Below are positions 1 through 9,975 of a stretch of DNA of 64,000 nt, piece after piece. Numbering within the stretch: the first letter of the stretch is position 1; every line of letters starts with the position of its first letter. A program made the translations under genes and the position numbers. This DNA comes from Rhodocyclaceae bacterium. GTDB taxonomy: Bacteria; Pseudomonadota; Gammaproteobacteria; Burkholderiales; Rhodocyclaceae. Below the pieces are notes generated by a model that saw only the letters and a list, made by a program, of their open reading frames with translations, ran no database searches and was not told the origin of the DNA. The DNA lies in NCBI GenBank assembly GCA_022072095.1, contig JAJVIJ010000013.1:109273-173272 (forward strand), read 5' to 3'.

Positions 1-567
1 CTCCTGCGCATGGGCCTGACCGCGTGTCGCCGCCAAGGTATAAGTCGGCAATGGCAAACCGCGCGCCTGCAGCCACTCCTGCAAGGCCGACTTGGCGTCC
101 TTGCCGGAACGGGTCGGATCCAGCGCCGCGATCGCATCGGCGAACAATCTGGAGATGACCTCGCGGGCCGGATCAAACCCACGGTCCACGAATATGGCCC
201 CGAACACGGCCTCGAGCGCATCGGCCAGGATCGAGGGGCGGCGTGTGCCTCCCGAACGCAACTCGCCGACACCCAGCAGGATGTTCTCGCCCAGCCTCAA
301 GCGTTCGGCGACGCGCACCAGCGTATCCTGCCTCACCAGGCTGGCCCTCAGACGCGACAACTGTCCCTCGCTCAGATCGGGAAAGCGTTCATACAGCAAG
401 GCTGCGACGATGCAATTCAGGACACCATCGCCCAGGAACTCCAGCCGCTCGTTGTGCGGCAAGCCATGGCTGCGGTGAGTCAGCGCATGGCGCAGCAGGT
501 CCTTTTGCTGGAACACATAGCCGATCTCATGCTCCAGCCGCGCCGCCCCCATCTGCACCCCAGTCAT
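1..567 (-). CDS. rnc: Ribonuclease III, 5' part (189 codons; 3' end lies beyond the left edge)
   Basis: Absent from the ORF track because it is truncated. Manual minus-strand translation from the ATG at 567 gives MTGVQMGAARLEHEIGYVFQQKDLLRHALTHRSH..NERLEFLGDGVLN..ADALEAVFGAIFVD, which contains the RNase III signature. It sits downstream of lepA-lepB as in the classical operon. Confidence 0.9.
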   Translation of the reverse strand, partial: MTGVQMGAARLEHEIGYVFQQKDLLRHALTHRSHGLPHNERLEFLGDGVLNCIVAALLYERFPDLSEGQLSRLRASLVRQDTLVRVAERLRLGENILLGVGELRSGGTRRPSILADALEAVFGAIFVDRGFDPAREVISRLFADAIAALDPTRSGKDAKSALQEWLQARGLPLPTYTLAATRGQAHAQE

Positions 568-579
568 CGGCATCCGGAA

Positions 580-942
580 TCAGTCCGATGAAAAGGTGTC
601 CTGGAAATCGAGCACCAAACTCGCGTTCGCGAACAAGGGGATGGTTCTCGAATAGGCGTAGGAAATCGTCACGCCGCGGCCCGATTTGAGAACTTCGAGA
701 TCCTTGCCCTCGACACTCTTGATGTCGTCGATCAGCGCACGTCGATCGTAAGCCTTGCGGATATCGACCACCGAGGCATCGCGTGTTTCCGGGCTCTTGA
801 TCACGGCGCGGACGTTCTTGGCGATCGTGTAGTACTCGATCACGGCCGGCAATACCTTCATGCCTATCACCGCCACTCCTGCAATCAGCGCCGCGATGAG
901 AATGAAACCGAACAAGCTGAGACCCGCTTCGTTACGTTTCAT
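580..942 (-). CDS. Small membrane protein, DUF4845-like
   Basis: Track ORF 580..1131 trimmed to the internal ATG at 942 (MKRNEAGLSLFGFILIAALIAGVAVIG..). It has one N-terminal TM helix followed by a soluble domain. The position between lepB and rnc matches the small conserved protein found there in beta/gamma-proteobacteria. Confidence 0.65.
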   Translation of the reverse strand: MKRNEAGLSLFGFILIAALIAGVAVIGMKVLPAVIEYYTIAKNVRAVIKSPETRDASVVDIRKAYDRRALIDDIKSVEGKDLEVLKSGRGVTISYAYSRTIPLFANASLVLDFQDTFSSD

Positions 943-1045
943 GGTTTGCCTTTGCCCTCGAGAACCATCCTGCATCCGGAACGTCGCCACCGGAGTCGAC
1001 GGGGGCGCCACGACCCCCCAAACCACGTAGCCAACCGGCTCAATC

Positions 1046-1849
1046 TCAATGAAATGGGCCGATACGCCCGAAATTCCAGAAATGCATCCAGATGAAGAAC
1101 GCCTTGCCGACGATGTTTCGTTCCGGGACAAACCCCCAAACGCGGCTGTCGCTGCTCGCGTCCCGATTGTCGCCCATCATGAAGTAATGTCCCGGCGGAA
1201 CCTGGCAAATGACGCCCGCGCTATTGTAGAGACATTTTTCGCGCATCGGAAAGTCGTGCACCTCGGGCAGATAGGGCGGCGCATCCCGATCATTGAGCAT
1301 TGCATGCTCCACGTCACCCAGTTTTTCGACGAAGCGGTTCGAGTAGTACATCCGCTCCACATGCAGGTACTCCCCGTCGGCGCGCACCGGCACGTCGACA
1401 CCGTTGATGGTCAGTCGCTTGTTCTGATACGCAACGCGATCGCCCGGCAGGCCGACGACGCGCTTGATGAAATCCTGAGACGGATTTTCAGGATAGCGAA
1501 ACACCACGACGTCACCACGCTTGGGCGCTTCGATCTCGACGATCTTGCGATTGATCACCGGCAAGCGGATGCCGTAGATGAATTTGTTCACCAGGATGTA
1601 ATCGCCGACGAGCAGGGTCGGGATCATCGACCCGGACGGAATCTTGAAGGGTTCGGCGACAAAACTGCGCAGGCCGAACACGACCAGAATCACCGGAAAG
1701 AAACTGGCTATCCACTCGACCCACCATGGTTCCTTGCCATCGGCTGCGCGCCGCTTGCGCGCCCAGAATCGATCGATCAGCCAGGCCACGCCGGTGACGA
1801 CGGTCAGGCACAACAGGATTTCCGCAAAACCGATGCCGAGCGCTTCCAT
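1046..1849 (-). CDS. lepB: Signal peptidase I
   Basis: 267 aa with SPase I motifs (IPSGSMIPTL, GDNRDASSDSR) and an N-terminal TM segment. It sits directly downstream of lepA. Confidence 0.95.
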   Translation of the reverse strand: MEALGIGFAEILLCLTVVTGVAWLIDRFWARKRRAADGKEPWWVEWIASFFPVILVVFGLRSFVAEPFKIPSGSMIPTLLVGDYILVNKFIYGIRLPVINRKIVEIEAPKRGDVVVFRYPENPSQDFIKRVVGLPGDRVAYQNKRLTINGVDVPVRADGEYLHVERMYYSNRFVEKLGDVEHAMLNDRDAPPYLPEVHDFPMREKCLYNSAGVICQVPPGHYFMMGDNRDASSDSRVWGFVPERNIVGKAFFIWMHFWNFGRIGPFH

Positions 1850-1890
1850 ATGTCGAGTCCCGACGACGCGCGACGGGCACTTTCCCCTGT

Positions 1891-3684
1891 CTAGTTGTCT
1901 TCGACGCGCAATACCGCCAGAAAGGCTTCCTGCGGCACTTCCACGTTACCGATCTGCTTCATGCGCTTTTTCCCGGCTTTCTGCTTTTCGAGCAACTTCT
2001 TTTTCCGGGAAATGTCACCACCATAGCACTTGGCCAGCACATTCTTGCGCATCGCCTTGACCGTTTCGCGGGCGATGATGTGTGATCCGATTGCCGCCTG
2101 GATGGCCACGTCGAACATCTGCCGCGGAATCAACTCGCGCATGCGAGTGACCAGACCCCGCCCCCGATACTGGCTACTGGCCCGATGAACGATGACCGAC
2201 AGGGCATCGACGCGGTCGCCGTTGATCAGCACGTCGAGCTTGACCACGTCCGCGGGGCGATATTCGAGGAACTCATAGTCGAGCGACGCATAACCCCGGC
2301 TGACCGATTTCAGGCGGTCGAAAAAGTCGATCACCACCTCGCTCATAGGGATGTCATAGACGAGCTGGACCTGTCGGCCATGGTAGGACATGTTGTGCTG
2401 GCTTCCTCGCTTCAGCTCGCACAGCGTGATCACCGCACCGACATAGTCCTGCGGCACAAAGACGGTCGCACGGATGATCGGCTCGCGGATTTCGTCGACT
2501 TTAGAGGGATCGGGCAATTTCGCCGGATTCTCCACGCGCACGACCGAGCCCTCGCGCAGCAATACCTCGTACACCACGGTCGGCGCCGTCGTGACCAGAT
2601 CCATGTCATATTCGCGCTCCAGCCGCTCCTGAACGATTTCCATGTGCAGCAAGCCCAGGAAACCGCAACGAAAGCCGAAGCCGAGCGCTTGGGACACCTC
2701 GGGCTCGAATCTGAGCGACGCATCGTTCAGGCGCAGTTTTTCGAGCGCATCGCGCAGGGCATCGTACTGATTGACCTCGGTCGGATAGAGCCCGGCAAAT
2801 ACCTGGGGCTTGATTTCCTTGAAGCCGGCGAGTGGCGTGGTGGCAGGCCGGTCCGCGAGCGTAACGGTGTCCCCCACCTTAGCCGATGCCAGTTCCTTGA
2901 TGCCGGAGATGATGAATCCGACCTCACCGGCGGAAAGCCGGTCACATGGAGCCGACTTCGGCGTAAACACGCCGACCTGTTCGCACAGATGCTGCGCGCC
3001 CGAGGACATCAGCAGTATCCTGTCCTTGGGACGCATGCTCCCGTCCATGACCCGCACGAGCATGACGACGCCGACGTAGTTGTCGAACCAGGAGTCGATG
3101 ATCAGCGCCTTGAGCGGCGCATTGGGGTCACCGACCGGCGACGGAATGCGCGCGATTACGGCTTCCAGAATGTCATCCACGCCCTCGCCGGTCTTGGCGC
3201 TGGCGAGAATCGCTGCCGACGCGTCGATACCGATCACGTCCTCGATCTCGGCACGTGCCCGATCAGGATCCGCCGACGGTAGATCGATTTTGTTCAGGAC
3301 CGGAACGACCTCGACCCCCTGCTCGATCGCGGTATAGCAGTTGGCCACCGTCTGCGCCTCGACGCCCTGCGATGCGTCGACCACTAGCAGTGCACCTTCA
3401 CAGGCTGCAAGCGAACGCGAGACCTCATACGAAAAATCGACATGGCCCGGCGTGTCGATCAAGTTCAACCGATACGTCTGTCCATCGCGCGCGTCGTATC
3501 TCAGTGCGGCCGTTTGCGCCTTGATGGTGATACCGCGCTCCCGTTCCAGATCCATCGAGTCCAGCACCTGCGACGACATTTCCCGCTCGGAGAGGCCACC
3601 GCAACGTTGAATGAGCCGATCGGCCAGGGTCGACTTGCCATGGTCGATGTGGGCGATGATGGAAAAATTACGGATGTACCGCAT
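1891..3684 (-). CDS. lepA: Elongation factor 4 (translational GTPase LepA)
   Basis: 597 aa starting [24 protein letters not shown]-domain motifs DTPGH and NKID are present, and the C-terminus is typical of LepA. Confidence 0.97.
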   Translation of the reverse strand: MRYIRNFSIIAHIDHGKSTLADRLIQRCGGLSEREMSSQVLDSMDLERERGITIKAQTAALRYDARDGQTYRLNLIDTPGHVDFSYEVSRSLAACEGALLVVDASQGVEAQTVANCYTAIEQGVEVVPVLNKIDLPSADPDRARAEIEDVIGIDASAAILASAKTGEGVDDILEAVIARIPSPVGDPNAPLKALIIDSWFDNYVGVVMLVRVMDGSMRPKDRILLMSSGAQHLCEQVGVFTPKSAPCDRLSAGEVGFIISGIKELASAKVGDTVTLADRPATTPLAGFKEIKPQVFAGLYPTEVNQYDALRDALEKLRLNDASLRFEPEVSQALGFGFRCGFLGLLHMEIVQERLEREYDMDLVTTAPTVVYEVLLREGSVVRVENPAKLPDPSKVDEIREPIIRATVFVPQDYVGAVITLCELKRGSQHNMSYHGRQVQLVYDIPMSEVVIDFFDRLKSVSRGYASLDYEFLEYRPADVVKLDVLINGDRVDALSVIVHRASSQYRGRGLVTRMRELIPRQMFDVAIQAAIGSHIIARETVKAMRKNVLAKCYGGDISRKKKLLEKQKAGKKRMKQIGNVEVPQEAFLAVLRVEDN

Positions 3685-3790
3685 GGAGTGCTGGTCAGAC
3701 GTCGTGGTGGAGTCGGGAAATGTGCCCCGGCGCGCAGGGGCCCCTCATCCGAAGTGGCGCCTTTTCCGAAGGCGCCGGATTCTAACAGGC

Positions 3791-4066
3791 CTACGAATGA
3801 CCGGCCGGACAAGGTTCGTTCTTGCCCAGACGAACCCTGAGCCGCCCGATCGCTTCCGAGTCCAGGCGATGCCGACAAATCTCGTCATCGCCACAACAGA
3901 GCACCGGGACATGCTCACCATATCGCCCGGCCAACTCCAGGTCCCGGTCTATATCCACGTTTCTAAGCTCGAAGCCAAATTCGCTCGACAGCTGGGACAG
4001 CTGGTCGGCCATCTCGGCGCACAGATGACACCAAGCATGGCCGTAGAGCGTCAGCACGGGCATCAT
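3791..4066 (-). CDS. Glutaredoxin-like small thiol protein (DUF836-type)
   Basis: Track ORF 3791..4228 trimmed to the ATG-ATG at 4066 (MMPVLTLYGHAWCHLCAEM..) because the longer form would overlap the degP-like gene. It carries a CxxC motif in a thioredoxin-fold context. Confidence 0.65.
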   Translation of the reverse strand: MMPVLTLYGHAWCHLCAEMADQLSQLSSEFGFELRNVDIDRDLELAGRYGEHVPVLCCGDDEICRHRLDSEAIGRLRVRLGKNEPCPAGHS

Positions 4067-4070
4067 GCGT

Positions 4071-5501
4071 TCATCGGTCTTGCATGCCTCGAATCGTGAC
4101 GAAAGTCTGCATGTCGCCACGCCGAACGAGCAAGGTGATGTTGGCACTGCGATCGATGGTGGCGAGAATCTTGTTGAACTGTTCGACGGTCCTGATCTCG
4201 ATTTGCTGGCCTTTGACAATGGCATCAAGAATGACGTCGCCCGGCCGCAGGTCGGTACGCGCCGTCTGACCGCGCAGGTCTTCGACGATCAGGCCATGAT
4301 TGATCTTCAGTTCCCGCTTCTGCTCGGCACTGGGCTCGACCAGTACAAGACCCAAACGGTTGGCCTGCCCCTCCCCCGGTCGCGTCCGGCCGCGCGCGCG
4401 CTGCACCGGACGCTCATCGGGCACCTCACCGACCTGTACGGACAGATCGCGTGCCGAGCCCTGCCGCCACACCTGCAAGGCGATCTTGCTACCCGGCTTC
4501 GTCATGCCGACGATGCGCGGCAGATCCGACGACGACGCGATGAGCTTGCCGTCGAATTTCAGAATAATGTCGCCCGACTCGACCCCTGCCTTCTCTGCGG
4601 GACCACCTTTTTCTACCGCATTGACCAACGCGCCCATCGGGCGGGACAGGCCGAACGACTCGGCCAGTTCCTTGGTGACCTCTTGAATCACGACACCGAT
4701 GCGCCCTCGGCTCACACGCCCGTTCGCGCGCAACTGCGATTGGACCTCCATCGCGACATCGATCGGGATCGCGAACGAAAGCCCCATGAATCCGCCGGTG
4801 CGACTGAAAATCTGCGAGTTGATCCCGATCACCTCCCCCCGCAGATTGAACAACGGACCGCCCGAATTGCCGGGATTGATCGCGACGTCCGTCTGAATGA
4901 ACGGGACGTAGTTTTCCTGGGGCAAGGAACGCCCCTTGGCACTGACAATCCCCGCCGTGACGGTATTCTCGAAGCCGAACGGCGAGCCGATCGCCAGCAC
5001 CCACTCGCCCACCCTCAGCTTGCTCGGATCGCCCAGGCGCAGGGCAGGCAAGCCATTGGCTTCGATCTTGAGCAAGGCGACATCGGTGCGCTTGTCGGCA
5101 CCGACGACACGGGCCTTGAACTCGCGCTTGTCCGTGAGCTTGACGACGACATCGTCGGCCGCATCGACAACATGGGCATTGGTCAGGACATAGCCGTCCG
5201 GACTGATGATGAACCCCGAGCCGAGCGAGCGATTCTCATAGTCGCGCGGTACGCCGGGTTGACGCGGAATGAAGCGCCGGAAGAACTCCCACATCGGATC
5301 GTCTTCGTCGATACCCGGAAACTGCGGCAGTGCGCGTGTGCCGCGTACGATCTGTGTCGTGCTGATATTGACCACCGACGGGCCATTGCGCTCCACCAGA
5401 TCGGCAAAATCCGGCATGTCCGGACGCTGCGCAGATACCGGTGTAGCCACCACGACGAACGCCACCCATATGGTCGCGACACATCCCCGTATAAAGCTCA
5501 T
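4071..5501 (-). CDS. mucD: Periplasmic serine endoprotease, DegP/DegQ/MucD family
   Basis: Track ORF trimmed to MSFIRGCVATIWVAFVVVATPVSAQ (signal peptide). The trypsin-like triad context includes TNAHVV and GNSGGPL, and there are two PDZ-like C-terminal regions. It is the last gene of the rpoE-rseABC block. Confidence 0.9.
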   Translation of the reverse strand: MSFIRGCVATIWVAFVVVATPVSAQRPDMPDFADLVERNGPSVVNISTTQIVRGTRALPQFPGIDEDDPMWEFFRRFIPRQPGVPRDYENRSLGSGFIISPDGYVLTNAHVVDAADDVVVKLTDKREFKARVVGADKRTDVALLKIEANGLPALRLGDPSKLRVGEWVLAIGSPFGFENTVTAGIVSAKGRSLPQENYVPFIQTDVAINPGNSGGPLFNLRGEVIGINSQIFSRTGGFMGLSFAIPIDVAMEVQSQLRANGRVSRGRIGVVIQEVTKELAESFGLSRPMGALVNAVEKGGPAEKAGVESGDIILKFDGKLIASSSDLPRIVGMTKPGSKIALQVWRQGSARDLSVQVGEVPDERPVQRARGRTRPGEGQANRLGLVLVEPSAEQKRELKINHGLIVEDLRGQTARTDLRPGDVILDAIVKGQQIEIRTVEQFNKILATIDRSANITLLVRRGDMQTFVTIRGMQDR

Positions 5502-5527
5502 GTTGCCGAATCCTTTCCCTCGCCGTC

Positions 5528-5992
5528 CTAAAGCAGTTTTCCCATCGATTTGACAGCCTTGGGCAGGGCTTGCGCCGCTGCCGGCCCGCGGCCGTACCAC
5601 CACAACACCGCCAACCCAAACATCAGACCCGCCAGCGCGCCGAGAGCCGAACCCAAATCGGCCCGCCAAGTTTGCCCCATCTGCTCTCCAGCGCCATCCA
5701 CGTATGCGCCGACAAGAGCCCCCACGAGCAGCAGCACACAAGGCAGGCCGTACGCGAACCAAGCCGCCATAGCCACATTCGACGAACTTGATAGCTCCAC
5801 CTCCACTCGTTCCCCGGCCCTCATAGGCTCGTCCGCAGCGCACCGCAGTCGCCGGGCACGGCCGGCACTACATGCGTGTTCCGCACCACACAACACGCAG
5901 CCATCTCCTGTCCCGGATAGTTCGACCAAAGCCGATGAGCGGTCGCTCGAGCACACCCTCCCGAAGATTCTGTCCCGCGCCGCGCCACTCAT
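5528..5992 (-). CDS. rseC: SoxR-reducing/sigma-E regulator RseC/MucC family protein
   Basis: 154 aa with an N-terminal Cys-rich segment (CVLCGAEHACS) and two C-terminal TM helices. Its start overlaps the rseB stop by 4 nt, matching the position of mucC/rseC. Confidence 0.7.
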   Translation of the reverse strand: MSGAARDRIFGRVCSSDRSSALVELSGTGDGCVLCGAEHACSAGRARRLRCAADEPMRAGERVEVELSSSSNVAMAAWFAYGLPCVLLLVGALVGAYVDGAGEQMGQTWRADLGSALGALAGLMFGLAVLWWYGRGPAAAQALPKAVKSMGKLL

Positions 5993-6987
5993 TTCCGTAA
6001 CTCGACACCATCACCGATTCGTTGCAACGTGACCATGGGCGCCTCGCCCACCACGGTTACCAGATGATCGGCGACGACACGTTGATAGATCCGAATCGCC
6101 CCATACCTGAGCGCACCGCCGTCGCGCTCCGAGCGCGCACCTGCAGGCTCCACGAAAACCGACACTGCGGCCAGACCATCCGAAAAAACCGTTTGCAGCG
6201 CCCCCGGCCCATCCTTGTGGATATGCCTGCGTAAACCGGCCATTTGACGAAAACCCGGGACCACCGACGAAAACACCCACCTGTCATCCTCCGGGCGTGG
6301 CTCGGCGGCCTGCACGTGTTGCACCCGCCAACCGCTCGTCTTGCCGGAATACGCAGAGCGTACCGAACTCGGATCCGGCGCCTGGCCAAGCTGAATCTGG
6401 GTAAAGGCTACCGACTCAAGAATATTTTTTGCATCGCCCATGGTGCGCGCCTTGAGCAACAGTCCCGTCGTCATTTCAACCCAAAACTGGTAGCCATAGC
6501 GAAAGGCGTCCCGCGGCTCGAGAATGAGCTGTTGGCTCTCCAGCCCGGCGACTCGCCCGATCTCGCCCTTGCGCAGCGAATAGAACTCGGCGATCGACGC
6601 CATTGACTCCGGCAAGATTGCCGGAAACACGCCGGACGATACGCTTCGCTGCTTGATGAGAAGTTTTTCCTTGGGGAGATAACAGGTCAATTCATCGTTG
6701 GCCCGAATGATCTCGCGCGGGCTGCCTTCCAGCGACTCGATGCGCTCGACGACCCCTGTCGGTCCCGCGATGTGGGTTATCCGCGAAGTCTCCTCGCGAT
6801 CGTGGCTCCGATAGACGAACGTACCCGAATAGCTGAGGCGTTGTGTCGAAGACACCATGCGCTGCAACCAAGCTGTGGCGTCTAGGTTTGTCTGCGCATG
6901 GACCGCACCGGCCAGCACGCCGAACAACAAAATCGCCGCCAACCGCCTGTAGACCACGCCGGGCATGTCCGACAGCCTAGCGATCAT
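5989..6987 (-). CDS. rseB: Sigma-E regulatory protein RseB/MucB
   Basis: 332 aa with a signal peptide (..LAGAVHAQ). Length and position immediately after the anti-sigma gene fit RseB/MucB. Confidence 0.85.
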   Translation of the reverse strand: MIARLSDMPGVVYRRLAAILLFGVLAGAVHAQTNLDATAWLQRMVSSTQRLSYSGTFVYRSHDREETSRITHIAGPTGVVERIESLEGSPREIIRANDELTCYLPKEKLLIKQRSVSSGVFPAILPESMASIAEFYSLRKGEIGRVAGLESQQLILEPRDAFRYGYQFWVEMTTGLLLKARTMGDAKNILESVAFTQIQLGQAPDPSSVRSAYSGKTSGWRVQHVQAAEPRPEDDRWVFSSVVPGFRQMAGLRRHIHKDGPGALQTVFSDGLAAVSVFVEPAGARSERDGGALRYGAIRIYQRVVADHLVTVVGEAPMVTLQRIGDGVELRK

Positions 6988-7528
6988 CTTCGCCCTGACT
7001 TGAGGCGGCAGCTCCTTCTAGAGCCATAAGAGGCAGGGACCCTTGCAGCTTGCCAATCGGTGAAAACGCCTGATGTGCAACCAGATATGGCTGAATGGGG
7101 TCACGTACCGAGCCAACCGGGCCGGACAAAGACGACACCAGGTCGGTCTGATTGCCGACCTTGCTCGCCAAGGTACTCCCCTCGGTCTGTAGCGGACCAT
7201 CGATGCGCGCATCCCGCATCGTCAACGCCAGCCACCCCAGCGCGGAAACGGCCATCACCGATGCCGCCACAGCCAGCCAGTATTTCTGTGGCCACGGCTT
7301 TCGTCGCATCGGGGCAAGTACCGTCGGTTCGGTCTCGACGCGGCTCATGATCTGATCTGCCCGACCGAGATCGTGCGAAAGCTCCCCGCGCAAGGCATCG
7401 CCGATCAGATGAAACATTTCCCAGTGTGCCCGCGCATCCGCATCGGCACGCAGCCGGTCCAGCACGCGATCCGCCGCCATGCCGTCGATTTCACCATCAA
7501 CCAGTGCCGAAACATCACTGCCATCCAT
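6977..7528 (-). CDS. rseA: Anti-sigma-E factor RseA/MucA
   Basis: Track ORF 6977..7657 trimmed to the ATG at 7528 (MDGSDVSALVDGEIDG..HWEMFHLIGDALRGE), a typical RseA N-terminal anti-sigma domain. There is a central TM helix (YWLAVAASVMAVSALGWLAL). It sits directly downstream of rpoE. Confidence 0.78.
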   Translation of the reverse strand: MDGSDVSALVDGEIDGMAADRVLDRLRADADARAHWEMFHLIGDALRGELSHDLGRADQIMSRVETEPTVLAPMRRKPWPQKYWLAVAASVMAVSALGWLALTMRDARIDGPLQTEGSTLASKVGNQTDLVSSLSGPVGSVRDPIQPYLVAHQAFSPIGKLQGSLPLMALEGAAASSQGEDDR

Positions 7529-7554
7529 TGTGCATCCCTCGTCGCAATCAATCG

Positions 7555-8151
7555 TCACCACCGACGGTCCGGTGCCGTGCCCAGCAGCGGACGCAAACGC
7601 TCCGCGATGGCTTCGCGGGCACGAAATATCCTCGACCGCACCGTGCCGATGGGGCAATCCATCAGCTCTGCGATTTCCTCGTAGCTCAAACCTTCAATTT
7701 CCCGCAACGTGATCGCGGTACGCAACTCGACAGGCAGGCTTTCCATCGCTGCACTGACCGTCTCGCCGATCTGTCGGGAAAGCAGGACGCGGTCCGGTGT
7801 ATCGACATCGGCGCGCGTTACATCTTCGACCACATCACCATCTTCGTCCGCGATCGTGGGCGATATCTCGTTGCGTCGGCGCTGCTGTGCGAGATGGTTC
7901 TTGGCCGTGTTGACTGCAATCCTGTAAAGCCAGGTATAGAACGCGCTCTCGCCCCGAAACGATGGCAAGGCCCGATAGGCCTTTATGAAGGCTTCCTGGG
8001 CGACGTCCTCAAGCTCTGCCTGATTGCGTATCATGCGAGACAATAACCGATGCAGCTTCCGCTGGTATTTCGTGACCAGAAGACCAAATGCATGTTTGTC
8101 GCCATGCTGCGCGCGCTCCACAAGCCGTTGATCGGCTTCCCGTTCTCCCAT
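7555..8151 (-). CDS. rpoE: ECF RNA polymerase sigma factor sigma-E/AlgU
   Basis: Track ORF trimmed to MGEREADQRLVERAQHGDKHAFGLLVTKYQRKL.. (198 aa). Region 2 and region 4 motifs are present (..REIEGLSYEEIAELMDCPIGTVRSRIFRAR). It is divergent from nadB, as with algU in Pseudomonas. Confidence 0.93.
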   Translation of the reverse strand: MGEREADQRLVERAQHGDKHAFGLLVTKYQRKLHRLLSRMIRNQAELEDVAQEAFIKAYRALPSFRGESAFYTWLYRIAVNTAKNHLAQQRRRNEISPTIADEDGDVVEDVTRADVDTPDRVLLSRQIGETVSAAMESLPVELRTAITLREIEGLSYEEIAELMDCPIGTVRSRIFRAREAIAERLRPLLGTAPDRRW

Positions 8152-8249
8152 CGGTCTATTGGTGTTTTGGGGGTCCCACGCCAGTGATTCGAGCGCGGCG
8201 AAGTATAACGGAAGCCTGTTTTCGACCGACCGAAACATAGAAACCCTCA

Positions 8250-8277
8250 ATGGACCCCAGGCAAAAAAAATAGTTCA
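8250..8277 (-). promoter_or_regulatory. Candidate sigma-E (autoregulated) promoter of rpoE
   Basis: The minus strand reads GAACTA-N16-TCCAT, about 95 nt upstream of the rpoE ATG. This resembles the GAACTT-N16/17-TCnnA consensus of RpoE/AlgU promoters. Match made by eye only. Confidence 0.3.
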
Positions 8278-8300
8278 GCCCGCAACAGGGTTTTTCCGCA

Positions 8301-8330
8301 TGCACCGGGGTGCCGGGGTGCCGGGGTGCG
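8301..8330. repeat. G-rich 8-bp tandem repeat (TGCACCGGGG TGCCGGGG TGCCGGGG TGCG)
   Basis: Read directly in the rpoE-nadB divergent intergenic region, 32-61 nt upstream of the nadB ATG. Confidence 0.8.
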
Positions 8331-8361
8331 CTCAATAGACAATTCTTTCCGCCGATCCATC

Positions 8362-9960
8362 ATGTCCGATTTATCGTTCGACGTACTCATCATCGGCAGC
8401 GGCCTCGCCGGCCAAGCCACGGCACTGCATTTGGCCGACCACTGCCGGGTGGCGCTGGTCACCAAGCAAGGTCTGGACGATAGCGCCAGCGCTTGGGCCC
8501 AGGGTGGCATCGCCGCCGTCCTGGATCGTCGGGACTCGATCACGGCGCATGTCCGTGACACGCTCATCGCCGGGGCAGGTCTGTGCAACCGACCAGCAGT
8601 GAAATTCGTCGTCAGCCAGGGACGCGATGCCGTCGATTGGCTCATCGAGCAGGGTGTACCCTTCACGCAGGATGACAGCAGCGAACTCGGATACCACCTG
8701 ACCCGCGAAGGAGGACATAGCCATCGACGTGTGATTCATGTCGCCGATGCGACCGGGAGCGCGGTGCAACAGACGCTATCCGAACGCGTGCGCAGCCATC
8801 CTCACATACACATATTTGAAAAGCATATCGCGGTGGATTTGATCATAGGTGCCAAGCTGGGCCGCCCCGAATCAGGATGTCTCGGTGCCTATGTGCTCGA
8901 CAAGGAATTGGATCGCGTGCTCACCTTTTCGGCCGCCAATGTCGTACTAGCCACTGGCGGCGCCGGGAAAGTTTATCTCTACACCACCAACCCGGACACC
9001 GCGACCGGAGATGGGATCGCCATGGCCTGGCGTGCCGGCTGCCGGGTGGCGAACATGGAGTTCGTTCAGTTTCACCCCACCTGTCTCTATCATCCACATG
9101 CCAAATCCTTCCTTATATCGGAGGCGGTTCGTGGTGAAGGGGGAATCCTCGTGCGTCGGGACGGCACACGCTTCATGCAGGCTCATGATCCCCGTGCCGA
9201 GTTGGCACCTCGCGATATCGTGGCCCGCGCCATCGATTTCGAGATGAAGAAGCACGGCGACGATTACGTCTTCCTGGATATCCGCCACTTGCCGGCAGAG
9301 TTCATCGTGCGACACTTCCCCAACATCCATGCCCGCTGCCTGAGCTTGGGAATCGACATCACGCACGATCCCATTCCGGTCGTTCCAGCAGCCCATTACG
9401 GCTGCGGCGGCGTCGTAACCAATCACGCGGCGCGCAGCGACATCGGCGGCCTCTATGTGATGGGAGAGTCGGCGTGTACCGGGCTGCACGGTGCCAATCG
9501 GCTTGCCAGCAACTCGCTACTGGAGTGTCTGGTTTTCGCCGCGGCCGCGGCTCGGGACATCCTGACCGTGCGTCGCGTCACCTCGACGGACTTGCCGACT
9601 TGGGACGAGAGCCGGGTCACCGATGCGGACGAACAGATCGTCATTTCACACAACTGGGACGAGCTGCGGCGCTTCATGTGGGATTACGTCGGCATCGTCA
9701 GAACGACCAAACGACTGCAACGGGCCTCGCACCGGATCGAGCTGCTCGGGCGCGAAATCAACGAGTTCTATGCGAACTTTCGCATCAGCAACGACCTGAT
9801 CGAGCTACGCAATCTGGTCACGACCGCGCGACTGATCATCACCTGCGCAATGCGGCGCCGCGAAAGCCGCGGGCTGCATTACAGTCGTGATTTTCCGGAG
9901 ACCTCGGCGATCGCGCGCAACACGATTCTGCACCCAACCAGAAAGGGCTCGCGCGTCTGA
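8362..9960 (+). CDS. nadB: L-aspartate oxidase
   Basis: Track ORF trimmed to [18 protein letters not shown] (FAD dinucleotide fold). Family motifs such as AQGGIAA and RGEGG are present, and the length is about 532 aa. Confidence 0.93.
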   Translation: MSDLSFDVLIIGSGLAGQATALHLADHCRVALVTKQGLDDSASAWAQGGIAAVLDRRDSITAHVRDTLIAGAGLCNRPAVKFVVSQGRDAVDWLIEQGVPFTQDDSSELGYHLTREGGHSHRRVIHVADATGSAVQQTLSERVRSHPHIHIFEKHIAVDLIIGAKLGRPESGCLGAYVLDKELDRVLTFSAANVVLATGGAGKVYLYTTNPDTATGDGIAMAWRAGCRVANMEFVQFHPTCLYHPHAKSFLISEAVRGEGGILVRRDGTRFMQAHDPRAELAPRDIVARAIDFEMKKHGDDYVFLDIRHLPAEFIVRHFPNIHARCLSLGIDITHDPIPVVPAAHYGCGGVVTNHAARSDIGGLYVMGESACTGLHGANRLASNSLLECLVFAAAAARDILTVRRVTSTDLPTWDESRVTDADEQIVISHNWDELRRFMWDYVGIVRTTKRLQRASHRIELLGREINEFYANFRISNDLIELRNLVTTARLIITCAMRRRESRGLHYSRDFPETSAIARNTILHPTRKGSRV

Positions 9961-9975
9961 CGCACCCTCATGGAA

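Noticed and set aside
10-591. 193-aa plus-strand ORF at the left edge.
   Set aside because: It is antisense to a clearly recognisable RNase III reading frame. It is Arg/Gln/Ala-rich with no family resemblance, a typical GC-rich shadow ORF.
3756-3776. 8-bp GC-rich hairpin (GGCGCCTT-TTCCG-AAGGCGCC) between the glutaredoxin-like gene and lepA.
   Set aside because: There is no U-run on either strand, so it cannot be supported as a terminator. It may be a processing or stability structure, but there is no further evidence.
4065-5531. 488-aa plus-strand ORF.
   Set aside because: It is fully antisense to the DegP/MucD-family protease gene, which has unmistakable catalytic and PDZ motifs. Its composition is Arg/Asp/Leu-rich and low-complexity.
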